The notes under the pieces: model-generated
Seen by the model: only the letters and a program-made list of their open reading frames with translations
Databases searched by the model: none
Told to the model about the DNA's origin: nothing
NCBI RefSeq assembly: GCF_964204865.1
Contig: NC_135259.1
Coordinates: 12,834,001-12,898,000 of the forward strand
Origin: Styela clava
Lineage: Eukaryota
Length of the DNA: 64,000 bases
Reading direction: 5' to 3'
Program-made: the position numbers and the translations under genes
Shown here: one piece after another, positions 16,990 through 29,200 of the stretch
Numbering within the stretch: position 1 is the stretch's first letter
How the letters are laid out: every line of letters starts with the position of its first letter

Positions 16990-17245
16990 AACGTAAATTT
17001 TATGGCTCGCTGAGTAAAAACAAGGTAATATTATAAAAGACTAAAGTAAATAAATCGACAAATTGTTTAAATGCAATTTATTTTTTTCAATACTTTTCAT
17101 ATTTTTTGGAATTATATCCGACATTCTCTTTTCTAATCAGATAAGTCCCGATTCGTTGTCTTCTGCTGGCAACTAGCAGACGGCGGTCAGTAGACTATCA
17201 TGTCGTTGGCTTCGTCACTCCCGTGCTGTTGTTGATTGCGCAGAA

Positions 17246-20200
17246 ATGAATGAATCTGGGACTTCCCTAACTGATATCAAGATTTTACTTGATTTTTTAA
17301 AGCAGGATGTTTCTGCATCAGGTTCCGAACAAGCCCAAATTACCAGCTTACAAGCTTTATCAAGCATGTGCTCGAAAGAAGGTGAGTTGTAAGTTGCTTG
17401 CGGCTAACCTTTTAGAAAATCTACACTCATATTTGGAATTACGCTGTAAATGTAAAATAACTGCAGTTACGAAAATCCTGGAAAAGTTCAGTTCTTCAAT
17501 TCTTATTCAGCTTGAATATCAATTTTAAAATCTAGTTGTTAAAAGTATGTAGGCTATTACCAGTACCGTTAGGCTAGCTACCTTTGCCAGTATTCGTGAA
17601 ATATACCCGCTTCAAATTTGATTCAACAATTTTAAGATTTTAACTCATTGACGAATATTTCGTACAAGTTAATAGTTGCAATTCAATTTCTCGGTTGATA
17701 TCTTAAGCTTCAATACCATATTAAACGAACTTAATTCGCCACGAGTCATTTCGATGTTTTTATTGCAGTTTCTGAACTCATCATGCAATGCGGTGGACTG
17801 AATATAATGTGGAAACTGTGTGGTACAACGAAATGCCCAGAAGTTTGTCAGTCATGCTTGTATACTTTAGCTTGCGTATCAGAAAGTAACGGTGAGGCTG
17901 TTTAATTTGATTGTTACAGAACACTCATAATCACCACCCACCATCTTTTTTTTGCAAATGTAAACCATAATTACCAAATTACTCAACATCGTGACAAATA
18001 TCGGAGAATTCTGAATTATAAAGTTAACGCTGCACATTATCAATGACAGACATTTCCAATGACTGGCTTTATAAGAAAAAATCTGTCAAATGATATGAAT
18101 TGGCCAGAACGGAAAATAAGGGTATAGTAATAATTGCCTTCATACCCTTACAGTTGACCATCATAACCATATCATCATGTATTGTAAAACAACTATCCTT
18201 CCATCGGTGAATAGAGGCAGTGAGGTTTGAATTGTTATTTGAAAATTTCGGAGCAGATTGGTGGCGAGCGGGGTTTGCTCACCGGGTCAGACAGTTTCTT
18301 TTAGGTGCTGCGACACTGGGTTTAAAAAATGAAAGTCTCCTGGAATGGTTAAATGTTGCACTCTCTTATACTTTGTTGGAAGAAACGAAAGATTTAATCC
18401 TTAAGTGTTTGGTGATATATATATGAACTTCGGTAATATTTATCATTTTAGTCCATGTGAAACATGCACTATCAACAAAGGGAGTTTTCGGCAGCATTAG
18501 ATCAATATTGGAGGAATCAGATATCCCAGATCGTACACGGTTGTTCGCTATATATTTTTTGATACCTCTCGTTACCGGAAACGGTAAGTTTTGAATAGAT
18601 TTGAATACCGACATATATGTTTTAAATAATCATAACTAAATTTATTTTCTAACCAGAATTTGGACAAAATCTGATAAAAAGTTCTGGATGTTTGCAAACT
18701 TTGCTCAGTATATTTGTGTAAGTATGTTTCATAAAATATTCAAGAATACACCACTAGTTTATTTTTCATTCAAACTGGAAAAAAAACCACACTTTACATA
18801 AAATGAATCGTCTGGCGTTTTAGGGTGAAGAGAGGCACGAAACAACTATTATTGGATATCGAGCAGCGACGATCTTTTCCAACTTTTTCCAACTTAAATG
18901 ACTTCGAAATTTTTTTTGTTTTTTGCTTACAGTACGGGTGTGCAACTAATTACTTGTGGGAAGTTGCTGAAACAGAATTGCCAGCGTGAAGTATGGATGT
19001 TGTCAGCCAAAGCCTTACGACTTTGTGTGGGGTCGCCTCAAAACAGTGAGTGTCGTTTGTGAAAATACTATAGTTACTTTGAAACATCTAGAAAAATACG
19101 ATTTAAATGTGCCTGCGATGTGGCGCCTCGTGCTAAGCGTTAGGAATACGCTCGACTCCTGATTACCCTGCCTGGTTTCGCTGCTTCATGGGAATAAATA
19201 TGTGAGAGGGGATTGTTGGACTCCACGTGCCGTAGATTGGTTCACGTCATCGCTGTTCGGTTACGGCTTCCTCCACCATCAAGTCTATATATCTGAAACA
19301 AATACCTCCTTAGCTAATCCCATGCCCGACATTGACAGGTAACCTGACCAGAGGCCGTGGTTCGCCATATATTTAAGCAGTCTCAAAGGAATCCCACTCC
19401 CCCGGGTTAAATATATAAATCCTATTCTAAGATTAGAAGAGTCGGAAATAGACCTTAGTTCTTTAGAAACCATCACACGCGGGAAAATGATTGTGGCATA
19501 AAAAAATCATCGTTTTTATTGATATAATTTTTTTGAGTACCACCCGATATTTTTAACATGATAAACGCAGACGATTACTTTCTCACGGCAAAACATTAGC
19601 AGAATGTCATGGTTTACGGCAGCCATGTTCAACGCAAATGTCTTCTGCGGTCGCAAATAATATTCCAGTTTTCCACGCGCCGCATATTGTAAAACGTGTC
19701 CCACCTCATAAATTACAGTCCAATTTTTGTGAAATATGACAAATGTAAAGAGCAATGGATGGTTTCAAGAAGAAATAGGATAAAGAGTTGTCTAGATAGT
19801 ACGAATCTTTGAATGTCATTTCCACGCTTTTTTATATCGACTGGGATCTTTGATGCTGTTTCATGTAATTGGTCAGTCATATTTGACAATTTTCAAGATT
19901 TAAGCAAATATACAGCTGACTCAGTAATAGGTTGTGATTGACCGTAGAGAAGCATTTTGCTTCACCTTCAAAGAGGTTTCTTTATTGTGCGTAATTTCAT
20001 GAGGCACTGTATAATACCCGATGTTAAAATTGTGCTGTTCATGTCACTTTAATTTTTTCCGTGTGAAACGGGTTTAAATTACGGTGGTAAATTCTCATAA
20101 CCATAATATTTACAGAAACAAATCAGATGTCATGTATCGAATACATACCACATATAATCACAATAATCCACGAAGCAAAGGGAGATGAGGAGATCGTACT

Positions 20201-23200
20201 CCATGCATGTCAATTTTTTGCCGCAGTTGTGGAAAACAATCGTAAGAAATTTGAATTACACCACTGGCATTTTGTTCTCTTTTAAATATAGTGTAGCGAA
20301 GCATCAACTGAAGATGGCCGTATAGTTCATTATTATTCAATCTGGTGCGTCAGCAGTCGGAGATTGACGTGTTTCCGCGGGAGAAATGAAAATAAATCAA
20401 AACTTCCTGCTGAAAAATTTTAATTTTACCCAGCTTTACTAATAGTCTATCGAAGAAGGCTTGCATGCGTCTTTCGAAGTCTAGTCCTGCAGCCGGAGTC
20501 GAAAATTTTCACAACCCGTAGGCGGAGTCAAATTTTTCCTTGATCCGGAGTTGGGAGCAAAATTCTTTTCAATCCGTATGTTGGTGTTGATGTTAATTTA
20601 TTTTCTCTGCAACATGCGGACTTATGACTCACATATTGCTGTATTAATATATAAACCTCTGGCGGATTTGAAATGGAGCCATTGAGTCAGAGTCGGAGTC
20701 ATAATTTCAAACTTGTCGGACCTTGGCATTGGAGTTGGAACCGGAATCATAAAGTGTGAGGATTGAAACAAGCTGAAGTTGGGAATCATTTTCTATTATC
20801 GCCATGCAATTTTGTTTAAATTGTGTACTTTTTTTAAGTTTATATGTCGTTATTTCATTTCCGCAACTTACAAGTTATGCTTGTACTTTCAGAACGTTGC
20901 AAGGAAAAGTCATTCTCATGTCGCGCTCTTGAAGTTCTTGTCCTCGCTATACAATCGTGTTCGAATGAAAAACTAGATAAAGTTTCGGGAGAAATAGTTA
21001 TATGTTTGAATAATTTTCTGGAAGATTCAAGTTGGTATTTTTTTGTTTTTCGAAAGAGATGTTTATCATATAATTCACATTCGCTGATCCTCTATTCTAT
21101 TTAACTCGTAATATTTTTCATGTTCCTGGTTTCCGAGTTCTTAACTAAAATGGCAAAGATAGGAGCGGAATGGGACTTTTAGTGCCTCGTTTTGCGCTGC
21201 CTCTTGCTAGTCGCCGCCTTAACAATTTTTTAAACTTTCCTTGAAACAGGTTCATAAAATATAAAAAGGAATTTTTTATTTCTCACAATCATAAATACAG
21301 TATTATTTGTAATAGAAATAACATAGATTTTTAACTGGTATACTGTATTGTAATTTTGTCCATTAAGACTTTTTCGGCCGCCGCCAAATCAGCTGGCGTC
21401 AAGTGTTCTATACCCGAATAGTATATTTGTAAGCGGCCATTGGCTTCATAGAGTCTATATAAGGATATCTTCGTTATATATTATTCGAAATTCACTTATT
21501 TATTGACATACGACCAAGGTTGGCCAATTCGAATTAAGTATTCGAATGTATTCGAATATCTCGTCATTCGAATATCGGAATTCACGTTCATAAGAATATC
21601 GGATATTTGTGTGACGTCACACATTTTCCACGCCGCTTTCAAGACGTTTCCGTTGAATGAAAACATTCTCGATAGAAACTTGCGCGTGATTGTTTTCATC
21701 ACTCATCAGCGTAACGTGTTATTTAGGCCCGTAAACGCCTTTACGATTGTGTTATTTTCTTTAAAACGAAAATTTTCTACAAATTTGTTCCACGATAACG
21801 ATAACATTTATTTTATTTTTGTAGGCGCACGGAATTGTGAATCTGGTAAAAACGTTCATCGGCGGCGAGTTTCTAAAGACAACGCAACTTTTTGATTGAA
21901 AAGCGGCAATTTAAAATACTGAAAATAAAACCGTAAACAATATAAGTTTTATTGAAGCCCGCAAAAATTTAAAAAACGATTTTCTAGGCAGTGAAAATTG
22001 CAAAATTTCGTGGGCCTCTGGCACACATTATGTTTGGTCGGCGTTTAGAAACATATCGTCACTAATTGAGGGCGGGATTTGCCTGATTATCCATTACCTC
22101 AAATTGCCGTCGAATATTTTCGTGTTAACACGATACAAGGTTTGAAACGCGACTTTTTCCCGGGTTGTGAGGATGTATATAATATAATTAATCTAAAGTA
22201 TATTCAATCAATTTTATTGTGATGAAATAAATTTTACTCTGAGATATTACAGCATATTTATGGATTTTTCGAACGGTTTTATCTAAAAATATGGCAGCAT
22301 TTCGATCGAGCGAAGTCACTGTTAACAAGTATATCTAAATATATGCCGAATTCGCAAAATACGGATCAAAACAATATTTAATCGGGCAGTTCACCTCGCG
22401 TTTTTATTTTTATGACCGCGGATTGCAGTGGTATATAATAAGACTGGTGAGGATTTTATTTTGTCGACGCAACCGCAGGTTAAATTGAAGACAATTAAAT
22501 TAATAAAGCAAGACATTTTAAATATGCCCGTGTCGGTCACGAATTCATCACTTTGCACAACAGAAAAATATATATTCGTTGTTATATTATTTGTTGTAAA
22601 AGTCGACTCTTTTAACAGGTGGCATAATCGAGGCGATGAATATGAATTTTTAATTTACTGCTAAACTTTATATGTATATTCATTGTATGAAATGAATTAT
22701 ACTCTACACTTAACAGGATTTTATATAATTATTTAAGATTTTTCTTACGGCGATAACGAGTTGGCAAGATTGCAAAAACACGTATTAAAATTAAATACAT
22801 CAGGCAGTTTATCTCGTAATTTTAGGTCACAGATCGCCGTGGACCGAATAGTATTGTTTTTACTATTACGTTGGACACATTAAATTAATATATAAAGATA
22901 TTTTAGAATCTCGTAGTTGTCATGGATTGAATATTTTACGTAACAGGATGATCATTATACGCTGAACAGACGGCTCTTTTAACGAGCGCGTTACAGGCGG
23001 CAATGGAAATTTCCGATTTCGAAAATCCTGGCTGCGCGGCTGGCAGTGGTGGTCATCTATTCTCTACTAATTTATTTCTAATTCCAAACACAGCAATATG
23101 TTACACATAATAACAATGTTTCACAAAAATTAATATACAAATATACTGGTAGGTATTAGAATACTCTAGGCTTAAATATTAGAATTTTTAAAGGCATAAT

Positions 23201-26200
23201 GGATTTTTGATTGTTGTTGCCTGTATTACAAATAAATTTTATTACTCTCAGAAAATATACACAATTATCTGAATACATGTAGTATTTTTGTCAATAGACT
23301 TGACTATTATCGTAATATCATGGTACCACTGATAAAAAGCGTCAGTCAACTTCTTGGCTATCTTTTCATATGGTCATTTGTACAAATGAATAATTTTAAT
23401 GAACTGACTGTGTCACAAGTTGCTATTATTTTTTATCGATAGCTATAAACTTTGTGTACATATACTGTTGGTTTGTGGCTTTATTCTGATATTTCTATTG
23501 AAGCTTATTTCCTAATTTACTGGGTTTTAATCAACTAAAACAAAAATGTGTTATTTTCGATTTTAGAATGTATTCGGAATTCCAGATTCGAAAACATTAT
23601 TTTAGAATGTATTCGGAATAGTTTAGTATTCGGAAATGGCCATCCCTGCATACGACACGCTATGTATTTACAATAATACCGTTAAGTAAATTTCATTTTC
23701 TTTCAGAGGAATACTGCGAAAGACTCGGAAAATTGGGAGGAATTGAAATATTACTCCGTATAGTAGATTCTGATAATATACATTTGACATCTCGTCATCG
23801 GAGTCTTCTATTGATGATCTTAAAAAATTGTGCGGAAAATTCAGGTTTGATAGGACTCAAATCGATAATACTTTTATCGCTGTATTAATGATTTTACCCA
23901 GATTTGATGCCGTGATATAAATAATAAATATGGTGATCTTACTTTAACAATGACACAAGTTGGGCATACCATTATATAACTGGTCGGAGTTTTGTGTACC
24001 TAATTACTCCTAATTTTTCTATGATGTTGTATTATTGACTCTATGTTTTCTGAAGGCATGTATATCAGCGTTTCCCAAAGGGTGCGCTGCGGCGATTTGC
24101 TAAGAGCGCCCTGAAAATTAATAGAATTGTGTTAAACATAATGCTGTTTATATGAATCGATAAATTCATTTTACCTTTTTATGTCGTTTACATTTTGTTG
24201 CGTAGTGTCTGCCCCTATTGTTACGATTTCGCGAGCTGCAGTTTATTTATATTCGGAACCGAGTTTATCGAATATGAGTGATTTTTTAGTATTTCAAAGG
24301 AAAATCAGGCAGAGATGAGGAAGAAGTGTCACCTTTTGCCTTTAATCCTTAAGCCTACATTTTACAAACTTCAAAATGCTTTAAGTACACATTATGGCTA
24401 TTCCAAGTGACACTACAGGACAATTCCAGAAATTTTGCATGTTGTTAGATGCAATATATTTTTACATTTTCAGCTACATGTTTTGTTTCATTTTCCAATC
24501 AATTGCTTTATTGAATATGGAAAAAATTGCACAAAAGTTACACACGAGTGGATATAAAAAATATAGTAAAATATAGCGTGACACTACAGGACGGCAAATG
24601 CACCATGGATTAACGTTACATTGAGTTGTGCTGTAACTTTTTGCGATGGTTCAGCAGGAGCCCATAATATTTTCTGGTGCAGTAGCTGAAGGACCCCCCT
24701 ATGTGTTGCTCAAGTTACTTAATGTAACACTGTAAATCTAGGCCAATAATGTGCTAATGGTATGTGACACTACAGAACGTGACATTACAAGACATTTTTC
24801 CACTTAGGAACAGCGGCCTCTATCATCTTTTAAAATTCTGGTAATAAATCTTTATATGGGTGAAGAAATGCCCTACAGCACTACAATCATTTAAACTTTA
24901 TAAACTTAAATCCAGTGCGTCTATTTCATATGAAATAACTGTATCACACAATCAAACACTTTGTGTCACGAATCATCACGAAATATGTCAATTATACCAA
25001 AACTTCTACATTTCAGGACATTTTTTATAAAACAATCAAAAACCGGGGTGAAATTTCAACTTTTTCGGTGAAATAAATAATGCAGTCCATGAATTTTCAA
25101 TGTCTTTTGATATAAAAGAATTCAAAATAATTACTTTTACTAAACTTTTAAAAAATTTGATGAAATTCAACTTTTGCCTGGAATGGCCTATTAACGAACA
25201 CAAAATTGAGTTTTAAAGACAGCAATTTTGTTTCGTGTGAGTGCGCCCTAAGTTTTTTCCCCAGACAATTTGGAGCCGCACGAACAAGAAGTTTGGGAAC
25301 CGCCGAATTGTATACTATAACAGTAATCGAGTTCAAAGTTTTGCGTCACAATTCCACATATTTTATTCTGTAAAGGGGTCTATCTTATTCCAACAACGAT
25401 ATTAAATAAACATATATTTGGTTGTGTTTTTCATATTTTCATCTCATTATTAATCAATCAACTTCTTATTTTACTTAATCATATTCACGGGTTCGAACAA
25501 GGCCTTGTATTAGAATAAATTGAATACTAATGACTAACGATATTTAATCGGCCAAAATATAAGAAATCATATGAAGAATAGCAATCCAACACGATAATGT
25601 CTCGTGTGCTGGCCGTAATATACAAGACGGCGAAATAATGTCCAACATGCTCCATGCAACACACGGCGGAATTCTTATTTATCATGTCCTCACAATATAA
25701 TATAGAATGGGAATAACTTTATTAACTAGTTGTTTGTACCATTTTAGAAGCAGCCCAGCGAAAGCTGATAGAGTACAACGCTGCGTCGACGATAGTCCAT
25801 CTAATGAACACTGTACAAGACGATGAACATTTCAACAAAATCGCAGCATCTGTTTTGAATTATTGCATGCGAGATTTAAAAGGTGAATAGTATTTTATTC
25901 GAATTTTTTTATGCCCATCACAACTGCTTGTGATATCAGCTCAGCTAAATTTAATGCTTTAACCTCTTGGCCATTGCGGTCATTTTACTTGGAGCAGAAC
26001 CCAACTGACTTTAAGGTTATCTCAACTTTCCATCTTTAACAAATTTATAAATAATTTTCTGGCGTTAGATGTGCCCGATCGATGCGAAAAAGAAGTTGAT
26101 AATAGTGACGAAGCAGACGACACCTCGTCGACGAAAAGTTCAACAGATCATGAATGTGCGAAGAAAGATACTAATAATAAATATGGAGTAAGTGAGAATT

Positions 26201-29200
26201 TCTCGAAGCTTCTTGTATGTCACATGTTGCAAAATGTTCTTAATTAAATAGCACAATAATAAAATCTTATTTGAAAAAGAATATATTTTTTTTTATGCAG
26301 TTATTAATATTTAGGAGAATTGGTAACTATAGGGACATGCACTTATAATCGAAAATTCGAATTAACTGTTTACTTATTTAACTCAGATCAGACCGTGCCT
26401 TGATTAGGCCATGCCAATTTCTAATACATCAAAAAGTGTAAAAGCGCTCGAATGTTCGTGAATGTTGCAACTGGCATGCTTAGTTTTTCCAGCGGCAGCA
26501 TCATATGGAACAAGTTTTTTTTTATCTGTGTTAACTGATTTTCACCCATGTAAATCCCATGTTCATAAGTCACATTATTTGTTTGTTTTCTAGTTTCTAA
26601 ATTCGGGGAAAACACAAGTTGATCGAGAATGTTTCGACCTTGTTAACGGAGGTGGAAGTTGTATATCTGAAGTGATAGAGAAACAACAAACTCAAATTGA
26701 TCTTCTGAATAAGCTATTGTTGCAGGTACATAGTATACAGTATATATTGTCTGTTTTTCTATTTTTCTATAGTGAAACACAGGCTGTAAAGTTAACCAGT
26801 ATACTATATATGTTTCAAGTATAACAGATTTTTCGAGTTTTTTTCGACCGTAAAACTTCAGGCACATCTTCTAGTAATGGCGACTGATAATTACAACGTT
26901 AAAAAGTGGCGAGATGTTCTAAGTATCATCAGTTCGATGTCTTCGTTAACTGTTTTTTATTTTTTAGGAAAGAGATAAAAGAATAGAAAACGAGAAAACT
27001 TTGTCGGCGATCGTGAATTCGAACGCAATGTCTGTTTGTGGCAAGTATAAAATAGATTTATGTATTGTGGAAATGGAGTGTACTTATTGGTGGTTTTGCT
27101 GAATTGTTGTTCTTGTTGTTGTTGTGGTTCTCCACAAACAACGTACCGGTAAATTTCAGATTTTCATTACTTACAAACGACAGAACAAATCGTTAAAAGG
27201 CTATTTTCATTGTTTTCAACAAATTCCACCGGTTTTCAATATCTCACTCTATCTTCATTTGCTGTTTTTCATAATTCACCCGCAGATCACAATATAGCAT
27301 TAGGTAGAAGTAACGTTTTGCTGACATCGCTATAGTCATATAATCATTTGACATTCGTCCCCACACATTGGAGCATAACTCCCTTGATATGATCAATATC
27401 AGGGCGGGCAAGAATTTTGAACCAGGAGCCAAAAATTTGACTCACTTACATTGGCAAAAAAGTTACGTTTCATGAACAATATTTATAGTGTTGCAAAAGC
27501 AAAAGTGGAAAACAACAAGCCCCATGTTACAACTAATTTTAATCGCAATCTCAACAAATTCCTTGAGCTCTTTGGTTTTAGTTTGGTTGTAGCAGCATCA
27601 GGTGGGCCAGATTGAATTACCTAAAGGGCCGTATTTTGCCCATGTCAGATCTATCATATACTTATCATACCCCAAAGCAGGGTGGACCAAGGTTGTCGGT
27701 TCCGCGGGCCACAAAATTATTTTTGCATTGTTCGCGGGCCACAATAGTGCCAAGAATAGGTAAACAGTGCAATACAAAACAAACACCTTTATTGTGCAAA
27801 CACATACTTATCAGGCATAGTCATTCTAGGCTAATAGAATCTGCATTCGATTTTTAGTTTTCTATGATGCCTATATTTATTGTTTGAATATATTCCCGAC
27901 CAAAAAGTTAAAAAGCCAGATAACAATTTAGACCGCCAAGCACATCATTCAACTTCGCTAGTTTCCCAGCTATCCATAACACTATTCAATTCAGTGACAA
28001 TAGTGATGACAATACGTCAAAAGATTTTTCTGACTAATTTTATGACGAAACAACACGAAATGCGATTTTTCGATTACTCTCCGAATGTGAAGCGGGCCAC
28101 AGATAATGAGGCGGCGGGCCACATGTGGCCCGCGGGCCTGGGTTTGGACCACCCTGCCCTAAAGTGAATAATAAAATACTCGAACATGAAATTCATTTTA
28201 GGAAGCACAATCTTGAGTCCCCCAGGGTCGTGTTTTAGGTCCTATCATTTACCTCTTCAATCTATGAGTGTTCGTCGATGTCCGAGCAGATCTTGGTCTA
28301 TTGCAAGCGCACCGATCAAAAAACAGTCGAAACGTTTTCAAGACACATTCGACAGAGAAAAAACGAGATCTTTTTCAAGAGGAAGTAAATTATTATACAA
28401 CAAACAGCATTCTAGAAACTATGGTATGAGCAAGTTTACTTTTGAAAAGCCGAATTAAGTAGTGTTATTGTTTAAGTTTGATACAGAGGTTTAGTTTATT
28501 TAGCGCGTTGCCTCAGTAGAATACAAAAGCCCTCAGTCATTTTTAAAAGGGACTTGAAATTTAATAACTTTCCAGTCAATCCAGGTTTTGTATTTTTCAT
28601 GTGCCACTTTTTGACACGAGATTGGCTTCAAACTGACAAAAATCAGCGTCATAAATGTACAATTTTTCAATTTCACGCAATTGTAAACGAGGTACATGAG
28701 AAAATAAGTCACAATCATGGGCCAAAAAATTCAATCACGTAACATCTTAGTATTCATCAATTTTCATGTGTATATTTTCCACAGATACGGCGTCAACGAG
28801 TCAAAATCTTTTGACGTCGACTATTTTGGCATCACCGGATAAACCAAATTCTGTAACTCCCCACTTCATATCTCCTGATCTCAACGTTACAGATAAATTC
28901 CAGAATTTACAAGATAACATTTCTGTTAAACAAACAGAAGATCAAGGATGTCAAATAGACATGGGTATTTCTTATGAAGTATAAAGAATAATATCCGCAC
29001 TTATGATTTCTTTGATTCGAATATGCATCACCGACAATTTTTTTTTGCTTTTGCTATATGAAATTCCACACAGAACATTCCTAAACACCTCTAAAATATG
29101 ACGTTATATAAGAATTTGTTGTTCTCAACAAATACTTATTTCAATGGTTATTGAGATAAGGCTTGTTGTCCTTCACTTCCAAAATAAAAGTATTTATTAG

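Noticed and set aside
27598-28458. ORFs duplicated at 49334-50062 suggesting a small gene family
   Set aside because: The similarity is explained by two copies of the same non-coding hAT MITE.
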